Of a DNA stretch of 64,000 nucleotides, positions 1 to 8,552 are shown piece by piece. Each line of letters begins with the position of its first letter. The stretch's first letter is position 1. Under the pieces are notes generated by a model. The model was not told the origin of the DNA. It searched no databases and saw nothing but the letters and a program-made list of their open reading frames with translations. The stretch is from Candidatus Gastranaerophilales bacterium. GTDB lineage: Bacteria > Cyanobacteriota > Vampirovibrionia > Gastranaerophilales > CALOAD01. The position numbers and the translations under genes were made by a program. The stretch lies in NCBI GenBank assembly GCA_942491415.1, contig CALOAD010000008.1, positions 29,896-93,895 of the forward strand. Reading direction: 5' to 3'.

Positions 1-885
1 ATGTATACCATTTAAAAGGTGTTTATATTTATCAGATAATAATGCTGAAGCGCCATGAGCACCATCAGCGTGAAGCCATAAATTTTCTTCTTCGCAAAAA
101 TCAGCTATTTTACTTAAATCATCATAACTTCCTGTTGCGGTAGAACAAGCATTTGCAACAACAGCGATTACCTTACGACCTTCATTCAACGCCTTTTTAT
201 AGAGAGCCTTTAAATCAGGAATGCTCATTTGATAATTTTCATCCGAAGGTACAAGAATTGCAGAATCTTCTCCCATTCCCATTATTTGAACGGATCTTTG
301 CATACTATAATGAGCTTGCTCTGAAATAAGAAACGCAAATTTATTATCTTTGACACCTTCAGTCCAAATATCATAATCTACTTTCGCCTGTCTTGCAGCT
401 AAAAGTGCTGTCATATTTCCTAAAGTACCTCCAGAGGTAAATATACCGTCCGCACTTTTATCATAACCGGCTAAAGAACACATCCATTTTAATATGTTAG
501 CCTCTAAGGCTGTATTAGCAGGACCCATTTCATAAACAACACTGCTATTATTTAATATACCGACAACAGCCTGACAAAGTGCTGCCAAAGGCATAGGAAT
601 GGACACTTGGTGTCCTATATATCTCGGGCTTTGAAGGTGATTCGACATCAAAACACCTTTTTTTATTATTGCTTCAAAGCTTTCTTGATTTTCAAAGTCT
701 GCTTGCCAATTTTTAAGCATCTCTTCGGGTTTTGTATATGTCAATACACTTTTTAATTCGCCACTAGTTGCACTTTGCAAATAATCAGTAAGTATATCGA
801 CAATTTTATAACCGTTTTGCCTAAATATTTCAGGATCATATATCTCTTTTAAAGAATATTTCTTGGCAGAATCTAATTTTTCCAT
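1..885 (-). CDS. PLP-dependent group II decarboxylase (N-terminal part; gene runs off the window start)
   Basis: Own translation of the minus strand from the ATG at 885..883: MEKLDSAKKYSLKEIYDPEIF...SPRYIGHQVS...FTSGGTLGNMTALLAAR...NLWLHADGAHGA, typical of the glutamate/tyrosine/diaminobutyrate decarboxylase family. Open to position 1 (295 codons). Absent from the ORF track because it is truncated. Confidence 0.75.
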   Translation of the reverse strand, partial: MEKLDSAKKYSLKEIYDPEIFRQNGYKIVDILTDYLQSATSGELKSVLTYTKPEEMLKNWQADFENQESFEAIIKKGVLMSNHLQSPRYIGHQVSIPMPLAALCQAVVGILNNSSVVYEMGPANTALEANILKWMCSLAGYDKSADGIFTSGGTLGNMTALLAARQAKVDYDIWTEGVKDNKFAFLISEQAHYSMQRSVQIMGMGEDSAILVPSDENYQMSIPDLKALYKKALNEGRKVIAVVANACSTATGSYDDLSKIADFCEEENLWLHADGAHGASALLSDKYKHLLNGIH

Positions 886-962
886 TTTTTCACCTATAAA
901 TTAATTAAACTATTCAACTTTAATATCTAGTGAAAATCTTTTAAAAGTTTTTTAACTTTTTA

Positions 963-1409
963 TCAGTAGCCTGTAGATCCAAAGCCTCCGGATGATCTTT
1001 GGGTTTCACTCAAATCTTCAGTCACCACAATATTTGCTTGTTTTATTTTATTTATAACCATTTGAGCAATCCTATCTTCAGGATTGATTGTATAAGAATC
1101 TTTTGAAAGATTCACCAAAGGAACACAAACTTCTCCCCTATAATCCTCATCGATAGTTCCTACACAATTTATTAAAGTTATACCGTGTTTTATTGCAAGT
1201 CCTGATCTTGGTCTTATTTGAGCTTCATATCCGCAAGGCAGCTCTATTATAAGACCGGTAGGTATTAATTTACGCTCTAAGGGTTTCATTATAACAGGCT
1301 TTTCAATAGCAGCTGTAAGATCAGCACCGGCAGCACCCCTTGTTGCATAATTCGGGAGTATTTTATTATGTGCCAGCCTTTTTACTTTTAAAATTATTTC
1401 TTCGTCCAT
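963..1409 (-). CDS. dut: dUTP diphosphatase
   Basis: 148 aa with dUTPase motifs: GAAGADL, RPRSGLAIKHGI, GTIDEDYRGE, RSSGGFGSTG. Confidence 0.95.
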   Translation of the reverse strand: MDEEIILKVKRLAHNKILPNYATRGAAGADLTAAIEKPVIMKPLERKLIPTGLIIELPCGYEAQIRPRSGLAIKHGITLINCVGTIDEDYRGEVCVPLVNLSKDSYTINPEDRIAQMVINKIKQANIVVTEDLSETQRSSGGFGSTGY

Positions 1410-1427
1410 AGGTTTTATTATATATCA

Positions 1428-1467
1428 GAAAAAAAGAGAGAAATATAAATTCCTCTCTTTTTTTTAT
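1428..1467 (-). terminator. Intrinsic terminator downstream of pnp
   Basis: Hairpin aaaaagagag / ctctcttttt flanked by an A-run and a T-run (bidirectional shape), 20 bp after the pnp stop. Confidence 0.6.
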
Positions 1468-1485
1468 CGTTTATTTTTTTAAAGT

Positions 1486-3615
1486 TTAAACAGAAGCTTT
1501 TTCTTCGTCCGAAACTCCTCTAATAGTAAGATTTACTCGTCCTCTTTCATCGACTTTCATTACCTTCACGATAACTTCATCACCAAGATTTAAGTAATCT
1601 TCTACTTTGTTTACTCTTTCTTCGGCAATTTGAGAAATGTGAACCATTCCATCTTTACCGGGAGCTATTTCAACAATTGCACCTATAGGAAGGGTTCTGA
1701 CTACTCTGCCTTTTGCAACCATGCCGGGCTCTAATTTTAAAGTAAGCTCTTTAACCATACGAGTGGCAATATCAATACCTTCTTGGTCAACACTTGTAAT
1801 TGTAACCAATCCGCTATCATCAATATCAATTGTAGCTCCGGAGGCTTCAATAACACCTTTTATTGTTTTTCCTCCAGGACCGATAAGTCCACCTATAGAA
1901 CCTTGCTCTATCTTCATTGTAAATATCTTAGGCGCCCATTCAGAAAGCTGTGTTTTAGGAGTTGAAATAACTTCTTTCATTTTATCAATGATATGAAGTC
2001 TTCCTTCCTTAGCTTGTCCTAAAGCTTCTTTTAATGTTTCAAAGGCAATACCTTTGATTTTCATATCCATTTGAAGAGCTGTAATACCTTCTGTATCACC
2101 TGTTACTTTAAAGTCCATATCACCAAGGAAATCTTCAATTCCTTGAATATCAGTCAATATAACATTTTTATCATCTTCTTTAATAAGTCCCATTGCAACA
2201 CCGCCAACAACGGTTTTTACAGGAACACCTGCATCCATAAGAGCAAGGCAACTGGCACAAGTACTTGCCATACTTGTAGATCCGTTAGATTCGATAACAT
2301 CAGAAGTAACTCTTATAGCATATCCAAATTCTTCTTGAGAAGGAAGTGTTGATAAAATAGCTCTTTCAGCTAAAGCTCCGTGTCCGATTTCACGTCTGCC
2401 CGGACCTCTCATAGGTCTCACTTCTCCCACTGAAAAAGCAGGGAATGCATAACTGTGCATATATCTTTTTTCAGTTTGAGGATGAACACCTTCAAGAGTT
2501 TGAGCAAAACTAGGACCTGCTAATGTTGCAACTGAAAGAACTTGAGTATTTCCTCTTGTGAAAACAGCAGAACCATGAGTTCTAGGTAATATTCCTGTTT
2601 CACACCAAATAGGTCTCACTTCTTTGGAGTTTCTTCCATCAGCTCTAAGTCCTTCGTTAACAACCATAGCTCTCATTACTTTTTTCTCTAGAGCTTTAAA
2701 TTCTTCTGATACAAAATTGATGTCAGAAGACTCGATTAGTTGCTTGATTGAATTATCTTCAGCAAGTTCTTCGATTTTTTGGTTAACAAGGTCTTTAGCT
2801 TCCTTAAGTTTATTTTTTCTACCGGCTCTGTCGAAGTCATGATAAGCCTGGTTTACTAAATCATAAGCAGTTGCTTCTATTAAAGCTTTAAGCTCTGAAA
2901 CATCAAAAGGATTAACAAATTCTTCCCTTTGTATATTACATTGTTTCAGGAATTCAAGCTGAGCAAGAACCTGTTTTTTAATTTCTTTTTGAGCAAATTC
3001 AACAGCTGCAAGAATTTTTTCTTCATCAACGAAGTTACATCCTGCCTCTACCATAATTACAGAATCTTCAGTACCGGATACGATAATATCCAGATCACTA
3101 TTTTCTGATTCGTTGTATGTTGGGTTTGCAACAAGTTGTCCATCAACTTCACTAACTCTTACGGCACCGATAGGTCCTTCAAAAGGAGCTCCTGAAATCA
3201 TTAAAGCGGCTGAAGCTGCTAACATTCCAAGAGTATCGGGTTGTTCAACTTGATCTGAACTTAAAGTTGAAACTACTACTTGAATATCATTTCTGTATCC
3301 TTTAGGAAATAAAGGTCTTATAGGTCTATCTATTAATCTGCAAGTTAAAGTAGCTTTTTCTGAAGGACGTCCCTCTTTTTTCAAAAATCCCCCCGGGATT
3401 CTTCCAACGGATGACATTTTTTCTTCATAATCAATTAATAATGGGAAAAAATCTATACCGGGTCTAGGTTCGTCACTGACCGTTGCTGTTGCCATGATTA
3501 CATTATCACCGCATCTTAAAACAACGTTTCCACTAGCGCTTTTTGCGTACTTTCCGGTTTCTAAAGTTACTTCTTTTCCACCGATTTCCAGTTTGTAAAT
3601 TTGTGCTTGATCCAT
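1486..3615 (-). CDS. pnp: Polyribonucleotide nucleotidyltransferase (PNPase)
   Basis: 709 aa with two RNase PH-like halves, then KH (GGLIGPGGKTIKGV) and S1 (GRVVRTLPIGAIVEI) domains at the C-terminus. Confidence 0.97.
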   Translation of the reverse strand: MDQAQIYKLEIGGKEVTLETGKYAKSASGNVVLRCGDNVIMATATVSDEPRPGIDFFPLLIDYEEKMSSVGRIPGGFLKKEGRPSEKATLTCRLIDRPIRPLFPKGYRNDIQVVVSTLSSDQVEQPDTLGMLAASAALMISGAPFEGPIGAVRVSEVDGQLVANPTYNESENSDLDIIVSGTEDSVIMVEAGCNFVDEEKILAAVEFAQKEIKKQVLAQLEFLKQCNIQREEFVNPFDVSELKALIEATAYDLVNQAYHDFDRAGRKNKLKEAKDLVNQKIEELAEDNSIKQLIESSDINFVSEEFKALEKKVMRAMVVNEGLRADGRNSKEVRPIWCETGILPRTHGSAVFTRGNTQVLSVATLAGPSFAQTLEGVHPQTEKRYMHSYAFPAFSVGEVRPMRGPGRREIGHGALAERAILSTLPSQEEFGYAIRVTSDVIESNGSTSMASTCASCLALMDAGVPVKTVVGGVAMGLIKEDDKNVILTDIQGIEDFLGDMDFKVTGDTEGITALQMDMKIKGIAFETLKEALGQAKEGRLHIIDKMKEVISTPKTQLSEWAPKIFTMKIEQGSIGGLIGPGGKTIKGVIEASGATIDIDDSGLVTITSVDQEGIDIATRMVKELTLKLEPGMVAKGRVVRTLPIGAIVEIAPGKDGMVHISQIAEERVNKVEDYLNLGDEVIVKVMKVDERGRVNLTIRGVSDEEKASV

Positions 3616-3741
3616 TTTCTTTGTCTCACTTTTCTTTTTTACTTTTCATCTTTTCTTATGTTCCTTAATAGTATATATTAAAAACAGGGAAATGATGCGA
3701 ACTAAAACAAAATAATTTTATGAATTTGAAATGGGTAAAAA

Positions 3742-4635
3742 ATGGAAAAGTTGATATTAACTGAAAAACGAAATAAAAATACTATAAACATTGATATAGA
3801 ATCGACTCAAAAAATAGTTGAATTGATAAATGATGAAGATTTAAAAGTAGCTTTAGCCGTCCAAAAAGAATTGGAGTTTATTTCAAAAGCTGTTGATTTG
3901 ATCTCAAGTAATTTTTTAAAAGGCGGTAATTTACTATATTTTGGAGCCGGCACAAGTGGTCGGTTAGGAGTTTTGGATGCTTCTGAATGCCCACCTACTT
4001 TTGGAGTCGACTCTTCTGTCGTAAGAGGTTATATTGCAGGTGGTGATTACGCCCTTAGAAATGCTGTTGAAGGTTCTGAGGATGACTTTGATGCAGGAAT
4101 AAGTGATTTTAAAACGTCCAAAGCAGAATCAAATGATGTAATAGTTGCTATTTCAGCAAGTGGCAATCCTCAATATTTATTGGGAGTTTTACAATCAGCT
4201 AAAGAAAAAAATATTAAGACAATAAGTATTACTTGCAATAAAGAAGCTAAGATAAAAGAATTTAGTGATGTTTTTATTGCCGTAGAAGTAGGACCGGAAG
4301 CACTTACAGGATCCAGTAGAATGAAAGCAGGCACTGCGCAAAAAATGATATTGAATATGTTAACAACAGCTTCGATGATAAAAATCGGGAAAACTTATGA
4401 AAATTACATGATTGATGTTCAACCCACCAATATAAAGTTAAAGGATCGTGCAGCTAGAATTGTATCCGAATTAGCTTGTGTAGATTATAAAACAGCCAAA
4501 TCAACCTTAGAATCCTGTCACTATAAGGTGAAGGAAAGCATTTTAGCTTTAACGAAAAATATTTCATTTAAAGAAGCTGAAAAAATACTTTCCCAAAATA
4601 AAGGAAAGCTCAGATCTGCTTTAAATCTAAATTAA
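3742..4635 (+). CDS. murQ: N-acetylmuramic acid 6-phosphate etherase
   Basis: 297 aa, SIS-domain signature GAGTSGRLGVLDASECPPTFG, and SRMKAGTAQK. Confidence 0.9.
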   Translation: MEKLILTEKRNKNTINIDIESTQKIVELINDEDLKVALAVQKELEFISKAVDLISSNFLKGGNLLYFGAGTSGRLGVLDASECPPTFGVDSSVVRGYIAGGDYALRNAVEGSEDDFDAGISDFKTSKAESNDVIVAISASGNPQYLLGVLQSAKEKNIKTISITCNKEAKIKEFSDVFIAVEVGPEALTGSSRMKAGTAQKMILNMLTTASMIKIGKTYENYMIDVQPTNIKLKDRAARIVSELACVDYKTAKSTLESCHYKVKESILALTKNISFKEAEKILSQNKGKLRSALNLN

Positions 4636-4650
4636 GTAGAATTAAATTTT

Positions 4651-5337
4651 TTATAAAAACGTCTCAATAAAAGAATCAATAAGCTTACTTGTATTTTCAG
4701 CTGCTCTTTCACAACATTGCCTTGCAATTACAGCCCAATCCTTTTTTCTATCATTAGAAATTTTAGGCATGCTTCTTGAATGCTCAACACTATCTGTAAA
4801 TAAATTTTTTGCAATCTCAAAAAAATCACCGCTAGTATTTGATTCACTCATTTTTATTTTTTGTTTAGACATTTTTCTTTGAGAGTTTTGAGCAAGTTGC
4901 TCAAAACTTAAATGCATTTTAGCTTCTATTACTTTTTGTATAAATGGAGCTTTTTCAGTGTGCAAAGGAACACTCATATCCTGTAAAAAATGTAATGCTC
5001 GACCAAATTGCTCAAAAGCCTCTGTGACCTTATTTTCTTTTATCAGTTCTGAAGCTTTTTTTAAATGTTCATTAAAACAATATTTTGCATTAAATTTATC
5101 ATTAAAATCTAAAAAACTTAATTTTGCACCTTTTTCAGCAGGTCCAAAATAAAAATGCTTATTTGCAAACCTACCAATTTCATCAAAATCAGGTTTTTGA
5201 ACAGCTTTTTCTAAGATAACCTTATTTTCAGCACTAATATATTTTCGCATATTTTTTATGGCTGTTCTTGTTAAAAGCGTATGATGCTTAAAATGCCAAC
5301 CAAAAGTTATGTTATTATGAGACCTAATATTATTCAA
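4651..5337 (-). CDS. Zinc-dependent phospholipase C-like fold protein (tentative)
   Basis: 228 aa. Order of W/H, PDFDE, KHFYFGP and GRALHFLQDMSVPLHT resembles the Zn-ligand layout of the clostridial alpha-toxin N-domain (GEAMHYFGDIDTPYH). No signal peptide seen. Confidence 0.5.
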   Translation of the reverse strand: MNNIRSHNNITFGWHFKHHTLLTRTAIKNMRKYISAENKVILEKAVQKPDFDEIGRFANKHFYFGPAEKGAKLSFLDFNDKFNAKYCFNEHLKKASELIKENKVTEAFEQFGRALHFLQDMSVPLHTEKAPFIQKVIEAKMHLSFEQLAQNSQRKMSKQKIKMSESNTSGDFFEIAKNLFTDSVEHSRSMPKISNDRKKDWAVIARQCCERAAENTSKLIDSFIETFL

Positions 5338-5446
5338 AATTCCTAACCTATATGTCTGTAGATTTATGTCGACTACTTATATATAAAACTATAATTGGGA
5401 AAATTAAATAAGTTATTACATGACTTTTAAGTAATCGTAACAAAAT

Positions 5447-6316
5447 TTATTGATTTTTAATCCAATCAATGAACTCTTTTTTCTTTTTATTTTTAATATA
5501 ATTAATTCTATTTACGTGAAAAAAATGACCATCCTTGGTCACAGAACCTTCCGTGGTTGAATCTTCATTTACAATTTCTTTTTGCTTTGCTATAACAGTT
5601 TTCACCGGATAGCTTTTAGCTGTATGATAAATTGCTCTTGCCGTTGAATAAGCCACATCAGAAGAAAACTTTTTTATTTCTTCAACAGGTTTTGTATTTT
5701 CACCAAAATATTGAGAAGGGACATTGAAATCCTCCACCCTGAATTCATCATTATAAGCACTTTCCCATATTTTTACCCCTTTGTAGGGATCAATTAATGT
5801 AGTTAGGATATTTAACTTATAAAAAGGAGAAATTTCTCTTGTACCCCAAAAGCATTTTTTAAAAGCACCAAATAAAGGAAAATCGTTAAAAAAATCAATT
5901 CCTCGTTCTTTTAAAACCATGCTACTTGTATCAAACCCACCAGAGACAAACAAAACTTGAGTAGCCCCTGTTGCCTCAGCAATTTCGTCCATTAAATCAT
6001 TGTCAAGAACATATCTTGTTTTGTAATTTTTTAAAAAACTTCTATACTTTTTATAAAGCCCTGCCCTTACTAAAATTCTCTCAGCTGTTATTGTATTTAT
6101 AATTTCGAGGTTAGTATCTCTTGATAAAACATTAGAAATATCTGCTGAAATTAAACTTATAACCTCAGGGTATATTGAAAAACTTGAACCTTGGACAGGG
6201 GTATCTATAGGCATAATAAGAATTTTATGTACATCTTTAGCCCATAAGGCAGCTTGTGCATTAAAAAAAATGAATATAAACGTTAAGAATATTAATAATT
6301 TTTTCATTTGTCTCAA
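5447..6316 (-). CDS. Hypothetical exported protein
   Basis: 289 aa with an N-terminal signal-like segment MRQMKKLLIFLTFIFIFFNAQAALWA. No recognisable domain. Confidence 0.6.
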   Translation of the reverse strand: MRQMKKLLIFLTFIFIFFNAQAALWAKDVHKILIMPIDTPVQGSSFSIYPEVISLISADISNVLSRDTNLEIINTITAERILVRAGLYKKYRSFLKNYKTRYVLDNDLMDEIAEATGATQVLFVSGGFDTSSMVLKERGIDFFNDFPLFGAFKKCFWGTREISPFYKLNILTTLIDPYKGVKIWESAYNDEFRVEDFNVPSQYFGENTKPVEEIKKFSSDVAYSTARAIYHTAKSYPVKTVIAKQKEIVNEDSTTEGSVTKDGHFFHVNRINYIKNKKKKEFIDWIKNQ

Positions 6317-6568
6317 ATCGGTTTAAAACCAAATCCAAAGACTTTTTACAGTCTTTTTACGGCATATTTTGTTTAATAGTATTTAAATTTATTATTTATT
6401 ATTTAAATAAAGTGCAAATCCCCTGTTTCTAGTATTTTTACTGGTATTTTCTCTTTAAAATACTTTAAATAGTTGATTAAAACTTCTTGATCTTAAAAAT
6501 AATCTATGATATTTATAAAGTACTTCAGTGATTCACTTTAAATTACAAAGTGTTTTTACAGAAGTTGG

Positions 6569-6645
<77 letters not shown>

Positions 6646-6665
6646 TTAAAACCCACACAACCCCT

Positions 6666-6741
6666 GGGGGGTTAGCTCAGTTGGTAGAGCACCTGCTTTG
6701 CACGCAGGGGGTCAGGAGTTCGACTCTCCTATCCTCCACCA
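6666..6741 (+). tRNA. tRNA-Ala (anticodon TGC), CCA encoded
   Basis: Hand fold: acceptor GGGGGGT/ATCCTCC including the G3:U70 Ala identity pair, anticodon loop TTTGCAC, T-arm AGGAGTTCGACTCTCCT, A + CCA. Confidence 0.9.
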
Positions 6742-6742
6742 T

Positions 6743-6790
6743 AAAACTCCGAAATCTGCTTATGGTAAAGATTTCGGAGTTTTATTTTAT
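6743..6790 (+). terminator. Intrinsic terminator after the tRNA-Ile/tRNA-Ala pair
   Basis: 14-bp stem aaaactccgaaatc ... gatttcggagtttt followed by a T-rich tail. Confidence 0.75.
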
Positions 6791-6867
6791 AGCAAATACC
6801 TTTCCATTGCGCTTTTGAGGCTTCATGTGTTTTGATTGATTCTAGCAAGCTATTTTCCAAGGCATTA

Positions 6868-6914
6868 TTTATACACTTTTATGCATTTCTATACACTGCC
6901 CAAAAAACAAAAGG
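6868..6914 (+). repeat. Island direct repeat, copy R1 (matches the left half of R2)
   Basis: tttatacacttttatgcatttctatacactgcccaaaaaacaaaagg versus 8345-8390 tttatacatttttagccatttctataccttacccaaatataaaggg. About 37/47 identical by hand alignment. Confidence 0.7.
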
Positions 6915-6946
6915 CGCCTACTTGCTAAATAAAAAATAATTAAAAC

Positions 6947-8041
6947 TTATTCAAATAATTGTTTGTACTGTGGTGATAACTTATATTTTCTTGCTTTTTT
7001 AGAAAAATCTACCGCTTCTAAAAAACCTTCTTGATGCCATTTAAATGTAAGCTGTCTAGCACTTCTTGTTGAAAAATTAAAGAATAAAGCAACATCATTA
7101 CTTGTTATAATTTCTTGCTGATTGAATAAAGATAATATTTTTCTTTGCTTTGGATCAAGTTGCCTTAATAATGGTGATTGATCTATTTCGTTTTTGCTTA
7201 AAGCCACAAGAGAATGTTTTTCTACTTTGTCAAAAGCTTCTAGCATACCAATTATGAAATAGTTAACCCATTTAGTAATATCGGCTTCCGCTCTGCCCAT
7301 ATAATAATTATGAGAAGGTCCTATTGTAATAGCATCATAATAGGCAGAAAGATTTCTGGCATAATATTCTTCAAGCGAATATAAGCCTTTTAAATCATAT
7401 CCACCTGTATGTAAAACCAAAGTAGTTAAAAGCCTGGCAGTTCTTCCATTGCCATCATAATATGGATGTATTGTGGCAAATTGATAATGAGCAATAGCTG
7501 CAATTATAGGGCAAGGTATTTCCTCTTTATTTTGGTTAATCCAGCTAATTAAGTCTTTCATCAAAGGTGGAACGTCTTTAGCCTCTGGAGGCATATAAAC
7601 AATACGTCCTGTTAAACTGTCTTTTATTACATTTTGTCCATCCCTATATGGATTGGGTCTAATATTAGTAGAACCATTTGCACAAACAAGCGCATGAATT
7701 TTTTGTATTTGCTTTTCAACTAAAGGGTTATTCTTGATTGCTAATTTTTCAACTTCTGCTATTGCTGCATAATACCCTTTTACTTCACTTTCGTCTCTTT
7801 CTCTTCCGGCAATTTGCTTATTCTCTTTTATAACTTGTTGAACATCTTTTTGTGAAAGCCTATTGCCTTCAATCATTGTTGAATAATGTGTTGAATAAAG
7901 CTTTGCACTTTCTCGCAATCCTGCTAAAACTGAAGGGGTGATAGGCAAATTTTTAATACGCTCTTTTATTTGCTCAATCTTTATTAAAGCATTGGCAATT
8001 TGAGGTGTTATTTGATAGTTGGGTGAAAAATTTAACGGCAT
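6947..8041 (-). CDS. Fic/DOC family protein (class II, N-terminal inhibitory helix) with C-terminal winged-helix-like region
   Basis: 364 aa. Fic active-site motif HPYYDGNGRTARLL. Upstream S-x-x-x-E-G inhibitory motif in YSTMIEGN. Confidence 0.9.
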   Translation of the reverse strand: MPLNFSPNYQITPQIANALIKIEQIKERIKNLPITPSVLAGLRESAKLYSTHYSTMIEGNRLSQKDVQQVIKENKQIAGRERDESEVKGYYAAIAEVEKLAIKNNPLVEKQIQKIHALVCANGSTNIRPNPYRDGQNVIKDSLTGRIVYMPPEAKDVPPLMKDLISWINQNKEEIPCPIIAAIAHYQFATIHPYYDGNGRTARLLTTLVLHTGGYDLKGLYSLEEYYARNLSAYYDAITIGPSHNYYMGRAEADITKWVNYFIIGMLEAFDKVEKHSLVALSKNEIDQSPLLRQLDPKQRKILSLFNQQEIITSNDVALFFNFSTRSARQLTFKWHQEGFLEAVDFSKKARKYKLSPQYKQLFE

Positions 8042-8344
8042 AATATAAACTACTTTACTGTCATAAACCTGCCATTATTATGCCATTAAATTGCCGATAA
8101 ATCAACTACTACTTATTAGATTCTTTGTACGAAAAAGAGTTGATTTCTTCTGGATTGCAAGCGATACTTGACTTACGAATGCTAAAATGGGGAATCTCTT
8201 TGAGAAAGTTATTAGTTCGAGTGTTTCTACTACCACCATAAAAGACACATTTATTATGAATGTGTCTTTTATTATGTGAAACTCGCGCTGTGTGTGGGCT
8301 TTTCAAGACAGCCAATATCAAGCAATCTTTTTTTATTCCACGAA

Positions 8345-8423
8345 TTTATACATTTTTAGCCATTTCTATACCTTACCCAAATATAAAGGGTCAGATAGTT
8401 TAATAAAAACGTTCACTTAGTAT
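8345..8423 (+). repeat. Island direct repeat, copy R2 (full length)
   Basis: The left half matches R1. The right half ataaagggtcagatagtttaataaaaacgttcacttagtat matches R3 at 37/41. Confidence 0.7.
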
Positions 8424-8552
8424 AATAAAAAGGTAATCGAAAATTTTGGATTTTCGGAAATGTAAAAATCAACTCGGAAGATTTCCAAAACTAGATGATA
8501 ATTTTTTCGGTCCAGGGTTGTATATGTGAACTTTAAAATTCATGTTGAAATA

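Noticed and set aside
1721-2842. Plus-strand ORFs inside pnp, and similar antisense ORFs inside der, rpoD, dnaG, the TamB-like gene, trmFO, the histidine kinase and others.
   Set aside because: They are fully nested antisense to strongly supported genes and have Ser/Phe/Ile-rich low-complexity translations typical of AT-rich antisense frames.
6317-6568. Searched for a 16S rRNA 3' end upstream, and a 23S 5' end downstream, of the tRNA-Ile/Ala pair.
   Set aside because: No anti-SD-containing 16S terminus and no rRNA-like GC-rich structured sequence were found. The flanks are AT-rich spacer, so no rRNA feature was called.
8109-8321. 70-aa ORF between the Fic gene and R2.
   Set aside because: It has no motif, no convincing start context and a low-complexity basic composition, and it lies in island junk DNA. 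It was left unannotated.
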